DNA of 64,000 nucleotides from positions 124,001 to 188,000 of the forward strand of contig NIVC01000571.1 in assembly GCA_002269645.1 (NCBI GenBank), given 5' to 3'. Shown piece by piece: positions 46,684 to 59,504 of the stretch (the stretch's first letter is position 1; each line of letters opens with the position of its first letter). Made by a program: the position numbers and the translations under genes. The DNA comes from Macrostomum lignano (lineage: Eukaryota). Below the pieces are notes generated by a model. That model saw nothing but the letters and a program-made list of their open reading frames with translations. It did no database searches and was not told the DNA's origin.

Positions 46684-48890
46684 ATGTCTCAAGAAGCCGA
46701 GGAGGAGCCAGTCAGCGTTCGCAGCATCTCTGTGCCTCTGCTTCCGGAAGCAGCAGCAAGCGAAGCAGCAACTGAAGTATCGGTGAAAGCAGCAATGGAA
46801 GGTCAGAGGGCAGCCGAGGCTGGAAGCCACAGGAGCAGCAGAAGCCGTAGCGGCAGCCCAGTTAGCAGCGCCGGCAACAGCAGAGCAGCCAGTAGGAGCA
46901 GCAGCAGGGCGGGCAGCACCACCGGAAGCAGCACCGGAAGCAGCAGTGACGCTGGCATCATCGGGGCGGCCGTCTCAACGCTGCGCGGTCTCCGGCGGCA
47001 AGTGCACCGACGTCTTCTGCGCCGGCCTCTGGCTTGGCGACTCCGGGCGCGGCCGCTGCGAAACACCGCCAACTCCAACTTGGCGGCGGCTGGACAGGCC
47101 GAGCCGCTGCGCAACGCCAACGCCAGGCGGCTTCTGGGCGGCCGGCACGGCCACAGCCGGAGCCACAGTCGCACTGGCGAAGAGAGCAGTGCCAGGTGAA
47201 GCTGAGAGCAGAGCAGTGCCAGGTGAAGCTGAGAGCAGAGCAGTGCCAGGTGAAGCTGAGAGCAGAGCAGTGCCAGGTGAAGCTGAGAGCTGAGCAGTGC
47301 CAGGTGAAGCTGAGAGCAGAGCAGTGCCAGGTGAAGCTGAGAGCAGAGCAGTGCCAGGTGAAGCTGAGAGCAGAGCAGTGCCAGGTGAAGCTGAGAGCAG
47401 AGCAGTGCCAGGTGAAGCTGAGAGCAGAGCAGTGCCAGGTGAAGCTGAGAGCAGAGCAGTGCCAGGTGAAGCTGAGAGCAGAGCAGTGCCAGGTGAAGCT
47501 GAGAGCAGAGCAGTGCCAGGTGAAGCTGAGAGCAGAGCAGTGCCAGGTGAAGCTGAGAGCAGAGCAGTGCCAGGTGAAGCTGAGAGCAGAGCAGTGCCAG
47601 GTGAAGCTGAGAGCAGAGCAGCGCCAGGTGAAGCTGAGAGCAGAGCCAGTGCCAGCAGTGCAGGAAGCTCAACCCCCCTCTATCCAAACTCTGCAAACCG
47701 GTAGGTTGCAGCTGAAGGCACTTCGGGCGGTGCTGCGGAGCCGCGGTGCGGTCAGCCGACAGATCGTCAGCAGGGCGGCGGAGGCGGCGGCCCTGACAGG
47801 CAGCGACGAGGCCTCGCTAGCCGGAAGCAACACCGTCTGGGATGGCGTGTTCACCAGCCTGAGCCCCACGGACACCGGCGGGGTGTTCGGCTCGCTGCTG
47901 TTCGTCCTGCTGCTGGCGCTCGGCCTCTTCCTATGCGCGGAGAGCGCGCAGCCCAACCTGCACCGCTCCAAGCAGGAGATGTTCGTCTGGGCCTTCGTTC
48001 AGGTGCGCCGCTTGCTCTCAGACTGTCTGCGTGTTGGTTGTGTGAGCAGTGAGTGACCAGATGAGCATGCTTGCAATTGCAGACAGTGAGCAGTGAGTGA
48101 CCAGATGAGCATGCTTGCAATTGCAGACAGTGAGCAGTGAGTGACCAGATGAGCATGCTTGCAATTGCAGACAGTGAGCAGTGAGTGACCAGATGAGCAT
48201 GCTTGCAATTGCAGACAGTGAGCAGTGAGTGACCAGATGAGCATGCTTGCAATTGCAGACAGTGAGCAGTGAGTGACCAGATGAGCATGCTTGCAATTGC
48301 AGACAGTGAGCAGTGTAATCCTGAACTACGCCTCTTTCCTGGGCGCTATCTGCATGCTGGCGGTTTTCCAATGGCGCCGCGCTAGGGCGCGCCATCAGCG
48401 GCGCCTCCAGCTGCGGCTGCAGCGCGAGTGGATGCGCCACGTGCGCGAGGTCTGCGAGGACATGCAGCGCAGGGGCCAGACGGAGCAGGCGGGCCAGCAG
48501 CCAGCCGAGCAGCAGCAGACAGCGCAGCAGCAGGAGCAGAAGCAGCCGCACCAGAAGCAGCAAGCGGCGCAGCAGCAGAAATCGCAGCAACAGCAGCAGC
48601 CGGGGAGCTCGCAGAACAACACGGCGGCTCACTTTGGCAACAACGCCAGTAACGACGAGGCGATGAGGCTGCGCAGGAAAGGCGCCGAGCTGCTGCGGAT
48701 GGTGTCGGAGCTGGAGAAGCTGGCGGCGCTGGAGCTGCGGCTGGAGGCCTCGGACTCGGAGCTGGAGGAGCTCGCGGCGGCGTACCCGGAGAAGATCGGC
48801 AGCGCCTGGGTGAGCGCCGGCTGGCGCGCCAGCCTCTACCGGGCGCGGGGCCAGGAGGACGCGGCCTTCGCGCAGCTGCAGCCGACTTAA
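46684..48890 (+). CDS. Uncharacterised two-TM protein with Gln-rich/coiled-coil C-terminus (465 aa); exons 46684-47195, 47705-48002, 48303-48890
   Basis: Frame-continuous GT-AG model (1,398 nt). Hydrophobic segments GVFGSLLFVLLLALGLFLC and VILNYASFLGAICMLAVF; no family recognised. Confidence 0.65.
47186..47660 (+). repeat. 27-bp repeat GCAGTGCCAG|GTGAAGCTGAGAGCAGA spanning the exon-1 donor, about 17 copies
   Basis: First copy contains the exon end (donor 47196). Confidence 0.95.
48040..48315 (+). repeat. 44-bp repeat spanning the exon-3 acceptor, about 6 copies
   Basis: Unit GAGCATGCTTGCAATTGCAG|ACAGTGAGCAGTGAGTGACCAGAT; last copy supplies acceptor 48302 and exon start ACAGTGAGCAGTG. Confidence 0.93.
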
Positions 48891-49019
48891 GCGGCTGATT
48901 GAATTCGCGCCAAAATGCGCTCTTTTTCCGGCTAGAACATGACAAAATTCAATTGTTGATGTCGAGTTAATGTTCTACCTTGAAATCGTAATGTTAATTT
49001 TTTTCGTGCGAGTTTAACT

Positions 49020-49280
49020 CAAAATTACACAGTAAAATGATAATTACACAGTAAAATGATAATTACACAGTAAAATGATAATTACACAGTAAAATGATAA
49101 TTACACAGTAAAATGATAATTACACAGTAAAATGATAATTACACAGTAAAATGATAATTACACAGTAAAATGATAATTACACAGTAAAATGATAATTACA
49201 CAGTAAAATGATAATTACACAGTAAAATGATAATTACACAGTAAAATGATAATTACACAGTAAAATGATAATTACACAGC
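49020..49280. repeat. 20-bp perfect repeat AAAATGATAATTACACAGTA, about 13 copies
   Basis: Direct reading. Confidence 0.97.
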
Positions 49281-49449
49281 GCAATCCACAATACGAATGC
49301 TTGATTCCTCTCTGACCCTTAAAAAGCACCGATTTAAACAAAAATCAACTGCATTAAAGATACTCAGCGAGCTAATCTCTGCTATTGTTCATCACTGCAG
49401 GCTACTCATAAATTTATATTTTAATAATTCGCGGCGTCGACCCTGGGAA

Positions 49450-50865
49450 TGCAACTGAAATTTGGTCCGCTATGCAAAACCTACACTGGCGCACCCTCAG
49501 ACCAGGCCCTCAAAGAACTTCAGAAACTGCAGCCAGTCCGCCTGGAGCAACGCCGGCTGCCCGCCAATACCGGACAGAAGCAGCAAGCAGTGGAGCAGCA
49601 GGAGCAGCAAGGGAACAGACAGCAGGAGCAGCAGCAGCTCGCCAGCAACTCGGAAGCCATTGTAAAACCCCGCCTCCGGGCTCGCGGCCGGCCCGGCGAG
49701 TCCGCTACCGCACAGAGCCTCCTGACGACGTCGCTGGTCGCGCCGACGGCGGAGTGGGTGGCGACTCGGCCGGAGGAGGCAGCGGTGACTGCAGGCCCGG
49801 CAGCCACAGCCGCACGGCCACGAGAGTCTCGCAGGCGGCTGCCGCCGGCGCTGCTGCTGCAGAAGCCGCGAGGCTGCGGATGCAGCCGAGATGGCAGACG
49901 GCGACGGCGGTGACTGCGGCAGCTTTGGCACTGATGCCACCGACTGGGGTGCTGCGGTGAGAGGCAGAATGAAAGCTTGACGAAGAGGAACAGCATGCAG
50001 ATGAAGCTCCGTCTCCAGCATCGCAGCAGTCTGCATGAAGATTTTTATGTACGTGTCGCGCACACATCATGAGAGTCGCGCACACATCATGAGAGTCGCA
50101 CACAGACACAATGAGAGTCGCGCACACATCATGAGAGTCGCACACAGACAAAATGAGAGTCGCACACAGACACAATGAGAGTCGCGCACAGACACAATGA
50201 GAGTCGCACACAGACACAATGAGAGTCGCACACAGACACAATGAGAGTCGCACACGGACACCATGAGAGTCGCACACAGACACAATGAGAGTCGCACACA
50301 GACACCATGAGAGTCGCACACAGACACAATGAGAGTCGCACACAGGCACCATGAGAGTCGCACGCAGACACCATGAGAGTCGGACACAGACACCATGAGA
50401 GTCGCACACAGACACAATGAGAGTCGCACACAGGCACCTTGAGAGTCGCACACAGACACCATGAGAGTCGCACGCAGACACCATGAGAGTCGGACACAGA
50501 CACCATGAGAGTCGCACACAGACACAATGAGAGTCGCACACAGGCACCTTGAGAGTCGCACGCAGACACCATGAGAGTCGCACGCAGACAATGAGAATCG
50601 CGTACAACCGCGCACTAAAGACGCTCAGAATTTTCCCGCGCTCACCAAGACCCACGACAAACTGCCGAGTCGCGGGCCAGCAGCCGGTGGGCTGCTCCGC
50701 ACTTGCCTCGGTTGGCAATCGCTGCCGCCTGAGCAGCTCGGAGGGCCGCACGCAGGGCTCATAAACGACTTGCCGCTGCGGCTCGGAGTCGCTGGCAGGC
50801 ATGGCGCTGCTGGTCTGTCGAGCTTCAGTTTGGCTCCCGCTAGGAGTTGCTAAAAATTGCAAGCA
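49450..50865. other. Probable two-exon GC-rich gene of unresolved strand and frame, split by a 22-bp repeat
   Basis: GC-rich blocks 49450-50040 and 50600-50865 flank the repeat; several splice-compatible models exist on both strands and none gives a recognisable domain. Confidence 0.3.
50055..50600. repeat. 22-bp repeat GAGTCGCACACAGACACAATGA, about 24 copies
   Basis: Direct reading. Confidence 0.95.
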
Positions 50866-51329
50866 CTGAGGCTGCGCCGCACCGAGCCACCGAAGCTGTC
50901 TATGGCAGTCTCTCCGCTCGATTCAACTTGTTTGGTCTGACCAAACCACTCCCAATTCAGCCAATGCATAGAAAAGACACCCAAATGCCTCGGGAACAAA
51001 AAAATGTTTGCTTGCACTACTGAAAACTAATCGGCAGTAGTCAGCTATGGGCATAGAGGAAAAAATATTTTCAATCGCAATAGAATAACGCAGCTAAACT
51101 TTAAAGCAGAGCAGACGCTATATGCGATAAATGAGAAAGTTGTCGGTGTGAACACAATTGACGAATTGATCGAACTGCCCAAAATCATGAATTCCACACA
51201 CTTGCTGCGCGCGAAACTGTGATAATGACGTGTATTCTCCAGTATACAGAAGGTCACTGAGTGGCCCATCTCGTGTATATAAGATCTATGGGTCTGAAAG
51301 CTGACAGATAGAGGGAGAAAGACGGAAAG

Positions 51330-52550
51330 CAGTGATTTCAGCTCCGCAGCATGGAATTGCAGTGATTTCAGCTCCGCAGAATGGGATTGCAGTGATTTCA
51401 GCTCCGCAGAATGGGATTGCAGTGATTTCAGCTCCGCAGCATGGGATTGCAGTGATTTCAGCTCCGCAGCATGGAATTGCAGTGATTTCAGCTCCGCAGC
51501 ATGGAATTGCAGTGATTTCAGCTCCGCAGCATGGGATTGCAGTGATTTCAGCTCCGCAGCATGGGATTGCAGTGATTTCAGCTCCGCAGCATGGGATTGC
51601 AGTGATTTCAGCTCTGCAACATGGGAATGCAGTGATTTCAGCTCTGCAGCATGGGATTGCAGTGATTTCAGCTCCGCAGCATGGGATTGCAGTGATTTCA
51701 GCTCTGCAGCATGGGATTGCAGTGATTTCAGCTCCGCAGCATGGGATTGCAGTGATTTCAGCTCCGCAGCATGGGATTGCAGTGATTTCAGCTCTGCAAC
51801 ATGGGAATGCAGTGATTTCAGCTCTGCAGCATGGGATTGCAGTGATTTCAGCTCCGCAGCATGGGATTGCAGTGATTTCAGCTCTGCAGCATGGGATTGC
51901 AGTGATTTCAGCTCTGCAACATGGGATTGCAGTGATTTCAGCTCCGCAGCATGGGATTGCAGTGATTTCAGCTCTGCAACATGGGATTGCAGTGATTTCA
52001 GCTCCGCAGCATGGGATTGCAGTGATTTCAGCTCCGCAGCATGGGATTGCAGTGATTTCAGCTCCGCAGCATGGGATTGCAGTGATTTCAGCTCCGCAGC
52101 ATGGGATTGCAGTGATTTCCCTCAGCTCTGCAGCATGGGATTGCAGTGATTCCCCTCAGCTTTGCAGCATGGGATTGCAGTGATTTCCCTCAGCTTTGCA
52201 GCATGGGATTGCAGTGATTTATTTCCCTCAGCTCCGCAGCATGGGATTGCAGTGATTTCCCTCAGCTCCGCAGCATGGGACTGCAGTGATTTCCCTCAGC
52301 TCCGCAGCATGGGATTGCAGTGATTTCCCTCAGCTCCGCAGCATGGGATTGCAGTGATTTCCCTCAGCTCCGCAGCATGGGATTGCAGTGATTTCCCTCA
52401 GCTCCACAGCATGGGACTGCAGTGATTTCCCTCAGCTCCGCAGCATGGGATTGCAGTGATTTCCCTCAGCTCCGCAGCATGGGATTGCAGTGATTTCCCT
52501 CAGCTCCGCAGCATGGGATTGCAGTGATTTCGGCTCCGCAACATGGGATT
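51330..52550. repeat. 30-bp repeat GCAGTGATTTCAGCTCCGCAGCATGGGATT shifting to a 33-bp variant (CCCT insertion) after about 52110
   Basis: Direct reading. Confidence 0.96.
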
Positions 52551-53282
52551 GGGATGGGATTGTAGCAGAGCCAGGTCAAAAATGAAGAAGACTGCAACAA
52601 GCAAGCGGCGCAGGTGTTCGTGAGGCGAAACAGAGTATGCGATGAGCGCCGGAGAACTCCGCGGCCTGGGGTTATTTCTGCTGATTTGAAAATTTATTTC
52701 TTTATTGCCTCAAAAGCGCACAGGCAGGCGGGCAGTTCAGACAGTTGGGGGGAGGCGCAGAGGCCGCGGAGCTCAAGCCCTCTGACAGGATCTGCGGTTG
52801 CCTAAAAGGTGCTCCGGCGGCGCCAATGCAGGCCTTGCTGAGCAAGCGCGGAAGCTGCGGCAGATGTAATAAATAATTGATTAGTATATTAGCTAAATCA
52901 CAAGAGCGCGATAAACATTGGGACAGTTGCGCTTGCGAGCAACTCTTATTAATTATATAAATATTTCTATAGGCGCCTATTTGAGGAAAGCGGGACACAA
53001 AATCAATAAAATCTATTGCTGGGAATCAGCTCTGGTGCCGGAGTCTTTGTCCAATTCGCAGTCTTTGTTAATCGCTAATAAAACCAGCAACAGGCGTTCA
53101 TCCATGATATGACGGTTCGCAAATCTAAAATTCTCACTGAAAGACCGGCCAATCAAAACAGACGGCGCACAAAAATAGTCGGGTGAAATTCTCCGCATTA
53201 GAAAACTGCGAATAGCTGGAGCCGCCCGGCCGCCTTCTGCGGAAGCCTGCGGACTGACGTAGCAGCGAACTGGATTGCCGGT

Positions 53283-54165
53283 GCAAGACTGCAGCCAACG
53301 ATAGTTGCAAGATTGCAGCCAACGATAGTTGCAAGACTGCAGCCAACGATAGTTGCAAGATTGCAGCCAACGATAGCTGCAAGATTGCAACCAACACGAT
53401 GGCTGCAAGATTGCAACCAACACGATAGCTGCAAGAATGCAACCAACACGATGGCTGCAAGATTGCAACCAACACGATGGCTGCAAGATTGCAACCAACA
53501 CGATAGCTGCAAGAATGCAACCAACACGATAGCTGCAAGAATGCAACCAACACGATAGCTGCAGCATTGCAACCAACGATAGTTGCAAGATTGCAGTCAA
53601 CGATAGTTGCAAGATTGCAGCTAACGATAGTTGCAAGATTGCAGTCAACGATAGTTGCAAGATTGCAACCAACACGATGGCTGCAAGATTGCAACCAACA
53701 CGATAGCTGCAGCATTGCAACCAACACGATAGCTGCAGCATTGCAACCAACACGATGGCTGCAAGATTGCAACCAACACGATAGCTGCAAGATTGCAACC
53801 AACACGATGGCTGCAAGATTGCAACCAACACGATGGCTGCAAGATTGCAACCAACACGATAGCTGCAGCATTGCAACCAACACGATAGCTGCAGCATTGC
53901 AACCAACACGATAGCTGCAGCATTGCAACCAACACGATAGCTGCAGCATTGCAACCAACACGATGGCTGCAGCATTGCAACCAACACGATGGCTGCAGCA
54001 TTGCAACCAACACGATAGCTGCAGCATTGCAACCAACACGATAGCTGCAGCATTGCAACCAACACGATAGCTGCAGCATTGCAACCAACACGATGGCTGC
54101 AGCATTGCAACCAACACGATAGCTGCAGCATTGCAACCAACACGATAGCTGCAAGAATGCAACCA
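53283..54165. repeat. 22/26-bp repeat GCTGCA(A/G)(G/C)ATTGCAACCAA(CA)CGAT(A/G)
   Basis: Direct reading. Confidence 0.95.
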
Positions 54166-54603
54166 AGAGGCGGCTAAGTCTGGCAGCCCAACGCTTAGCA
54201 GTCCCGCTGTTCGGGCGCAATAAAAAATTGGTCAAATAAAACAAAAGCTAAATTAGAACAAGCAGACTAAGCGCTGGCTACAATGATAAACAACAGAATC
54301 GTCAGTAGCGGTAGGAAAACAGGGCAATTGTTTTGCTAACAGAAAGCGACGCCGAAATCAAGCAGAACCCGCATTGAAACGCTCGGCGCTTCTCCGGCAG
54401 ACCGCGCGGGCGAGCATCCGCACACTGGACGCTCGGCTTCTCAGAGAAAACAGCTAGAAGAGAACAAAATAGAGAGACGAGACAAGATGAGAGTCAAGAC
54501 GAGGGAGCACACCAACCGCAACACGGGCGCAGGAGTCTAAGCGGCAAAAGTGAACTAATAAATCTCTTCTAGAAGCGGCAATCTCTCGACGGCCCTCGGC
54601 AGC

Positions 54604-57600
54604 TCAGGAGTGGCGGGACGCCCCGCTCGGGTGCTTCCGTCGCTGGTCCTCCTGGGTGACGCGCTGCTGAATGACCCGCTCCGCCTTCAGCACGTTTGCC
54701 TGCGGGTGCGGGGCCTGCAGCTGAAATTCCTGCGCACTGCGCATTGCGATACCAGGGATTCTCACAGGTGAGGGAAACCCACCCACCGATGTTTCTAACC
54801 GGTGAGGGACATCCACTTACCGGTGTTTCTAACCGGTGAGGGATATCCACTTACCGGTGTTTCTAACCGGTGAGGGACACCTACTTATTGGTGTTTCTAA
54901 CCGGTGAGAAACACCCACCTGCCGGGGTTTCCTACCTGCACAGCGGTGACCGACACCTACCCAACAGGGATTCTGACAAGTGACAGACACACAACAGGGA
55001 TTCTCACCTGCATGCCAGTGATGGACACACACACAGGGATTCTCACCTGCATGCCAGTGATGGACACACACACAGGGATTCTCACCTGCATGCCGGTGAT
55101 GGACACACACAGGGATTCTCACCTGCATGCCGGTGATGGACACACACACAGGGATTCTCACCTGCATGCCGGTGATGGACACACACAGGGATTCTCACCT
55201 GCATGCCGGTGATGGACACACACACAGGGATTCTCACCTGCATGCCGGTGATGGACACACACACAGGGATTCTCACCTGCATGCCGGTGATGGACACACA
55301 CAGGGATTCTCACCTGCATGCCGGTGATGGACACACACAGGGATTCTCACCTGCATGCCGGTGATGGACACACACACAGGGATTCTCACCTGCATGCCGG
55401 TGATGGACACACACAGGGATTCTCACCTGCATGCCGGTGATGGACACACACACAGGGATTCTCACCTGCATGCCGGTGATGGGACACACACAGGGATTCT
55501 CACCTGCATGCCGGTGATGGGACACACACAGGGATTCTCACCTGCATGCCGGTGATGGACACAACACGGTTGCGCGACTGTGTCTGCGAGTCGCCCCGCT
55601 TGGACACTTGGATGCAGGTGTGGGTGGCGGTCTGCAGCTCGGCGATGTCGCGGCCACCGGGCCCGAGGACGACACCAATCAGAGATTCGGGAACCTCAAC
55701 GTCCCGCTTGTAGACTCCGCCTGTGGCAGCGGCTGCGGCAGCCGCGGCGGCAACAGCGGCTCCGTAGTTTTCGTAGGCCGGGCCGCTGGGGAAGATGAAG
55801 GCCGCGGCCCCGGGGTCGCCTCCGCCGCCGCCGGGGGTCACCAACTGGCTGGAGAAATCGTTCGAAGCGGCAACGGCTCCGGCAGCCCCATCGTTTATCG
55901 GTGGAGGCGGCGGCGGCACCTGCAGAGCCGAGAGCGAGCCATGCGGCAGGCTGTACGAGTTCATCGGCGAGGCCACCAGGGGCGGCATCGGCGTCGAGGG
56001 CGTAGAAATCAGTGGCATCTGGCAAAGTCAGGTGGGGTTGGGGAGTTGGGGATCTGGGAGCGGTATGCAGACTGATTCAGGTTACAGGGATCTGAGAGCG
56101 GTATGCAGACTGATTCAGGTTGCAGGGATCTGAGAGCGGCATGCAGACTGATTCAGGTTGCAGGGATCTGAGCGCGGTATGCAGACTGATTCAGGTTGCA
56201 GGGATCTGAGAGCGGTATGCAGACTGACTCTGGTTGCAGGGATCTGAGAGCGGTATGCAGACTGATTCAGGTTGCAGGGATCTGAGAGCGGTATGCAGAC
56301 TGATTCAGGTTGCAGGGATCTGAGAGCGGCATGCAGACTGATTCAGGTTGCAGGGATCTGAGAGCGGCATGCAGACTGATTCAGGTTGCAGGGATCTGAG
56401 AGCGGTATGCAGACTGACTCTGGTTGCAGGGATCTGAGAGCGGTATGCAGACTGATTCAGGTTGCAGGGATCTGGGAGCGGTATGCAGACGCGAGAATGA
56501 AGTGCGGAAACGAAACAATCAAGCAGTGCTCAGACCTGCGCGGGCACCAGCGACTGCATGTTGAAGAAGCCGTAGTTGGCCAGGGTGGCCATGGCGCCCA
56601 CGATTTCATCCGAGGCCGCCTCCGAGTAGCCGCTCTGACGCAGGGAGGCCCGCAGGGCATCAGCCGAGATCTGCGCGAACTGCTGCGCCGAGCTGGCGGA
56701 ATTCTGCGAGGAGCTCAGGCTGAGCTGCTGCGCCAGGCCGCGCCCGCCTGTTGGGGCCGCCGTCTGCTGCGGCGAGCCGGGGCCGCCAGACAGCGCGTAG
56801 GGGCTGCCGGTGGGGTACGCGCTGGCCACGGGCCCGGAGATGTCCGAGTAGCTGATGTTCGGACAACTGGCCGACTGCGGGTCCTCGGCGATCTTCGCCA
56901 CGATCATTGCCGCGGCCGCCCTGTTGGCCTCCGAGTCGCCCGCGACGGTGACGCAGCGCTCCGACAGGGCCTGGTCCTTCGGCTTCTGCGACACCTGCAC
57001 GAATGCGCCGCTGGCGTCCATGATCTCCTTGATGAAGGCGCCCTTCTTGCCGATGATCATCCCGGCTGTGCTGTTCGGCACCAGGATCTTCAGCTGGAGC
57101 AGTGCGGGGGGGGGCGGGTCAGACTGGCTGCGGACATGTGTGCCAGGAAAGGAGGAGGACACAGTCTGGGTGTCAATGAGGGTGGAGGACACAGTCTGAG
57201 AGTCAATAAGGGTGGAGGACACAGCTTGGGTGTCAATGAGGGTGGAGGACACAGCCTGGGAGTCAATGAGGGTGGAGGACACAGCCTGGGTGTCAATGAG
57301 GGTGGAGGACACAGCCTGGGAGTCAATGAGGGTGGAGGACACAGCCTGGGAGTCAATGAGGGTGGAGGACACAGCCTGGGAGTCAATGAGGGTGGAGGAC
57401 ACAGCCTGGGTGTCAATGAGGGTGGAGGACACAGCCTGGGTGTCAATGAGGGTGGAGGACACAGCCTGGGTGTCAATGAGGGTGGAGGACACAGCCTGGG
57501 TGTCAATGAGGGTGGAGGACACAGCCTGGGTGTCAATAAGGGTGGAGGACACAGCCCGGGAGTCAATGAGGGTGGAGGACACAGCCTGGGTGTCAATGAA

Positions 57601-59504
57601 GGTGGAGGACACAGCCTGGGTGTCAATGAGGGTGGAGGACACAGCCTGGGTGTCAATGAGGGTTGAGGACACAGCCTGGGTGTCAATGAGGGTGGAGGAC
57701 ACAGCCTGGGTGTCAATGAGGGTGGAGGACACAGCCTGGGTGTCAATGAGGGTGGAGGACACAGCCTGGGTGTCAATGAGGGTGGAGGACACAGCCTGGG
57801 TGTCAATGAGGGTGGAGGACACAGCCTGGGTGTCAATGAGGGTGGAGGACACAGCCTGGGTGTCAATGAGGGTGGAGGACACAGCCTGGGTGTCAATGAG
57901 GGTGGAGGACACAGCCTGGGTGTCAATGAGGGTGGAGGACACAGCCTGGGTGTCAATGAGGGTGGAGGACACAGCCTGGGTGTCAATGAGGGTGGAGGAC
58001 ACAGCCTGGGTGTCAATAAGGGTGGAGGACACAGCCCGGGAGTCAATGAGGGTGGAGGACACAGCCTGGGTGTCAATGAGGGTGGAGGACACAGCCTGGG
58101 AGTCAATGAGGGTGGAGGACACAGCCTGGGAGTCAATAAGGGTGGAGGACACAGCCTGGGTGTCAATGAAGGTGGAGGACACAGCCTGGGTGTCAATGAG
58201 GGTGGAGGACACAGCCTGGGTGTCAATGAGGGTGGAGGACACAGCCTGGGTGTCAATGAGGGTGGAGGACACAGCCTGAGAGTCAATGAGGGTGGAGGAC
58301 ACAGCCTGGGAGTCAATGAGGGTGGAGGACACAGCCTGGGTGTCAATGAGGGTGAAGGACACAGCCTGGGAGTCAATGAGGGTGGAGGACACAGCCTGGG
58401 AGTCAATGAGGGTGGAGGACACAGCCTGGGTGTCAATGAGGGTGGAGGACACAGCCTGGGTGTCAATGAGGGTGGAGGACACAGCCTGGGTGTCAATGAG
58501 GGTGGAGGACACAGCCTGGGAGTCAATGAGGGTGGAGGACACAGCCTGGGTGTCAATGAGGGTGGAGGACACAGCCTGGGTGTCAATGAGGGTGGAGGAC
58601 ACAGTCTGGGTGTCAATGAGGGTGGAGGACACAGCCTGGGAGTCAATGAGGGTGGAGGACACAGCCTGGGTGTCAATGAGGGTGGAGGACACAGCCTGGG
58701 TGTCAATGAGGGTGGAGGACACAGCCTGGGAGTCAATGAGGGTGGAGGACACAGCCTGGGTGTCAATAAGGGTGGAGGACACAGCCCGGGAGTCAATGAG
58801 GGTGGAGGACACAGCCTGGGAGTCAATGAGGGTGGAGGACACAGCCTGGGTGTCAATGAGGGTGGAGGACACAGCCTGGGTGTCAATGAGGGTGGAGGAC
58901 ACAGCCTGGGTGTCAATGAGGGTGGAGGACACAGCCTGGGTGTCAATGAGGGTGGAGGACACAGCCTGGGTGTCAATGAGGGTTGAGGACACAGCCCGGG
59001 AGTCAGGCGGGAGTGTATCAGGCAGCAATCATCTGCCAATTTAATCTGCTTGCCTGTTTGTGCCGCTCAACATTGAGTTTGCCGTCCCCAGTCAGCTTGG
59101 GATTGGGGTCCGGCTTCTCCAGAATCTGCTCCATGATGCAGGTGCAGACTGCGATGATGGAGTCCACCGTGCCCTGGATGAGGCAGACTCGCTCCGTAGT
59201 GCCTGGCAGTTGATTTGCATTAAGCATAAATGGAGTCTGTCAGTTCGAGCTCCAAACTAGACAGCTCAATCATATTGCTTAACCAAGTATACTTTACGGT
59301 AAATAGTACTGTAAGTACTGTGAAATACTGTAATTTCCAGGAATCTATAATCCGTCTCACCTGGATAAAAGTCATTGGACTTGGACATCTTCACTTTGGC
59401 TCCCTTTTCCTTCTGCAGCTGGGCAATGGCCTCGCCACCCTTGCCAATGATGGCGCCAGCAGCAATGGATGGCACCAGAATCTTGAACAGCACATTGTCT
59501 GCTG
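54604..59504 (-). CDS. nova: Nova/pasilla three-KH RNA-binding splicing regulator; exons 59504-59361, 59202-59054, 57093-56536, 56018-55542, 54699-54604 (start exon upstream)
   Basis: KH1 [19 protein letters not shown]...[22 protein letters not shown]; KH2 [18 protein letters not shown]...VQVSQKP...ERCVTVAG; KH3 [16 protein letters not shown]...IQVSKRG...RNRVVSITG...ERVIQQRV. These are recognisable Nova motifs. The intron after 59054 needs a GC donor (CAG|GCAAGC). Confidence 0.92.
54790..54905. repeat. 33-34 bp repeat ACCGGTGAGGGACATCCACTTACCGGTGTTTCTA, 3-4 copies (last Nova intron)
   Basis: Direct reading; the minus (sense) strand contains CCG|GTAAGT donor-like sites. Confidence 0.85.
54990..55562 (-). 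repeat. 37-41 bp repeat spanning the KH3-exon donor, about 15 copies
   Basis: Sense unit TCCATCACCGGCATGCAG|GTGAGAATCCCTG(TG)n, identical to the exon end encoding SITGMQ. Confidence 0.96.
56050..56490. repeat. 38-bp repeat CAGGGATCTGAGAGCGGTATGCAGACTGATTCAGGTTG, about 11 copies (Nova intron)
   Basis: Direct reading. Confidence 0.95.
57150..59002 (-). repeat. 30-bp minisatellite, sense unit ACCCTCATTGACACCCAGGCTGTGTCCTCC, about 62 copies (Nova KH1-KH2 intron)
   Basis: Direct reading; 480-bp higher-order duplication (variant AGCCCGGG at about 57553 and 58033). Confidence 0.98.
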
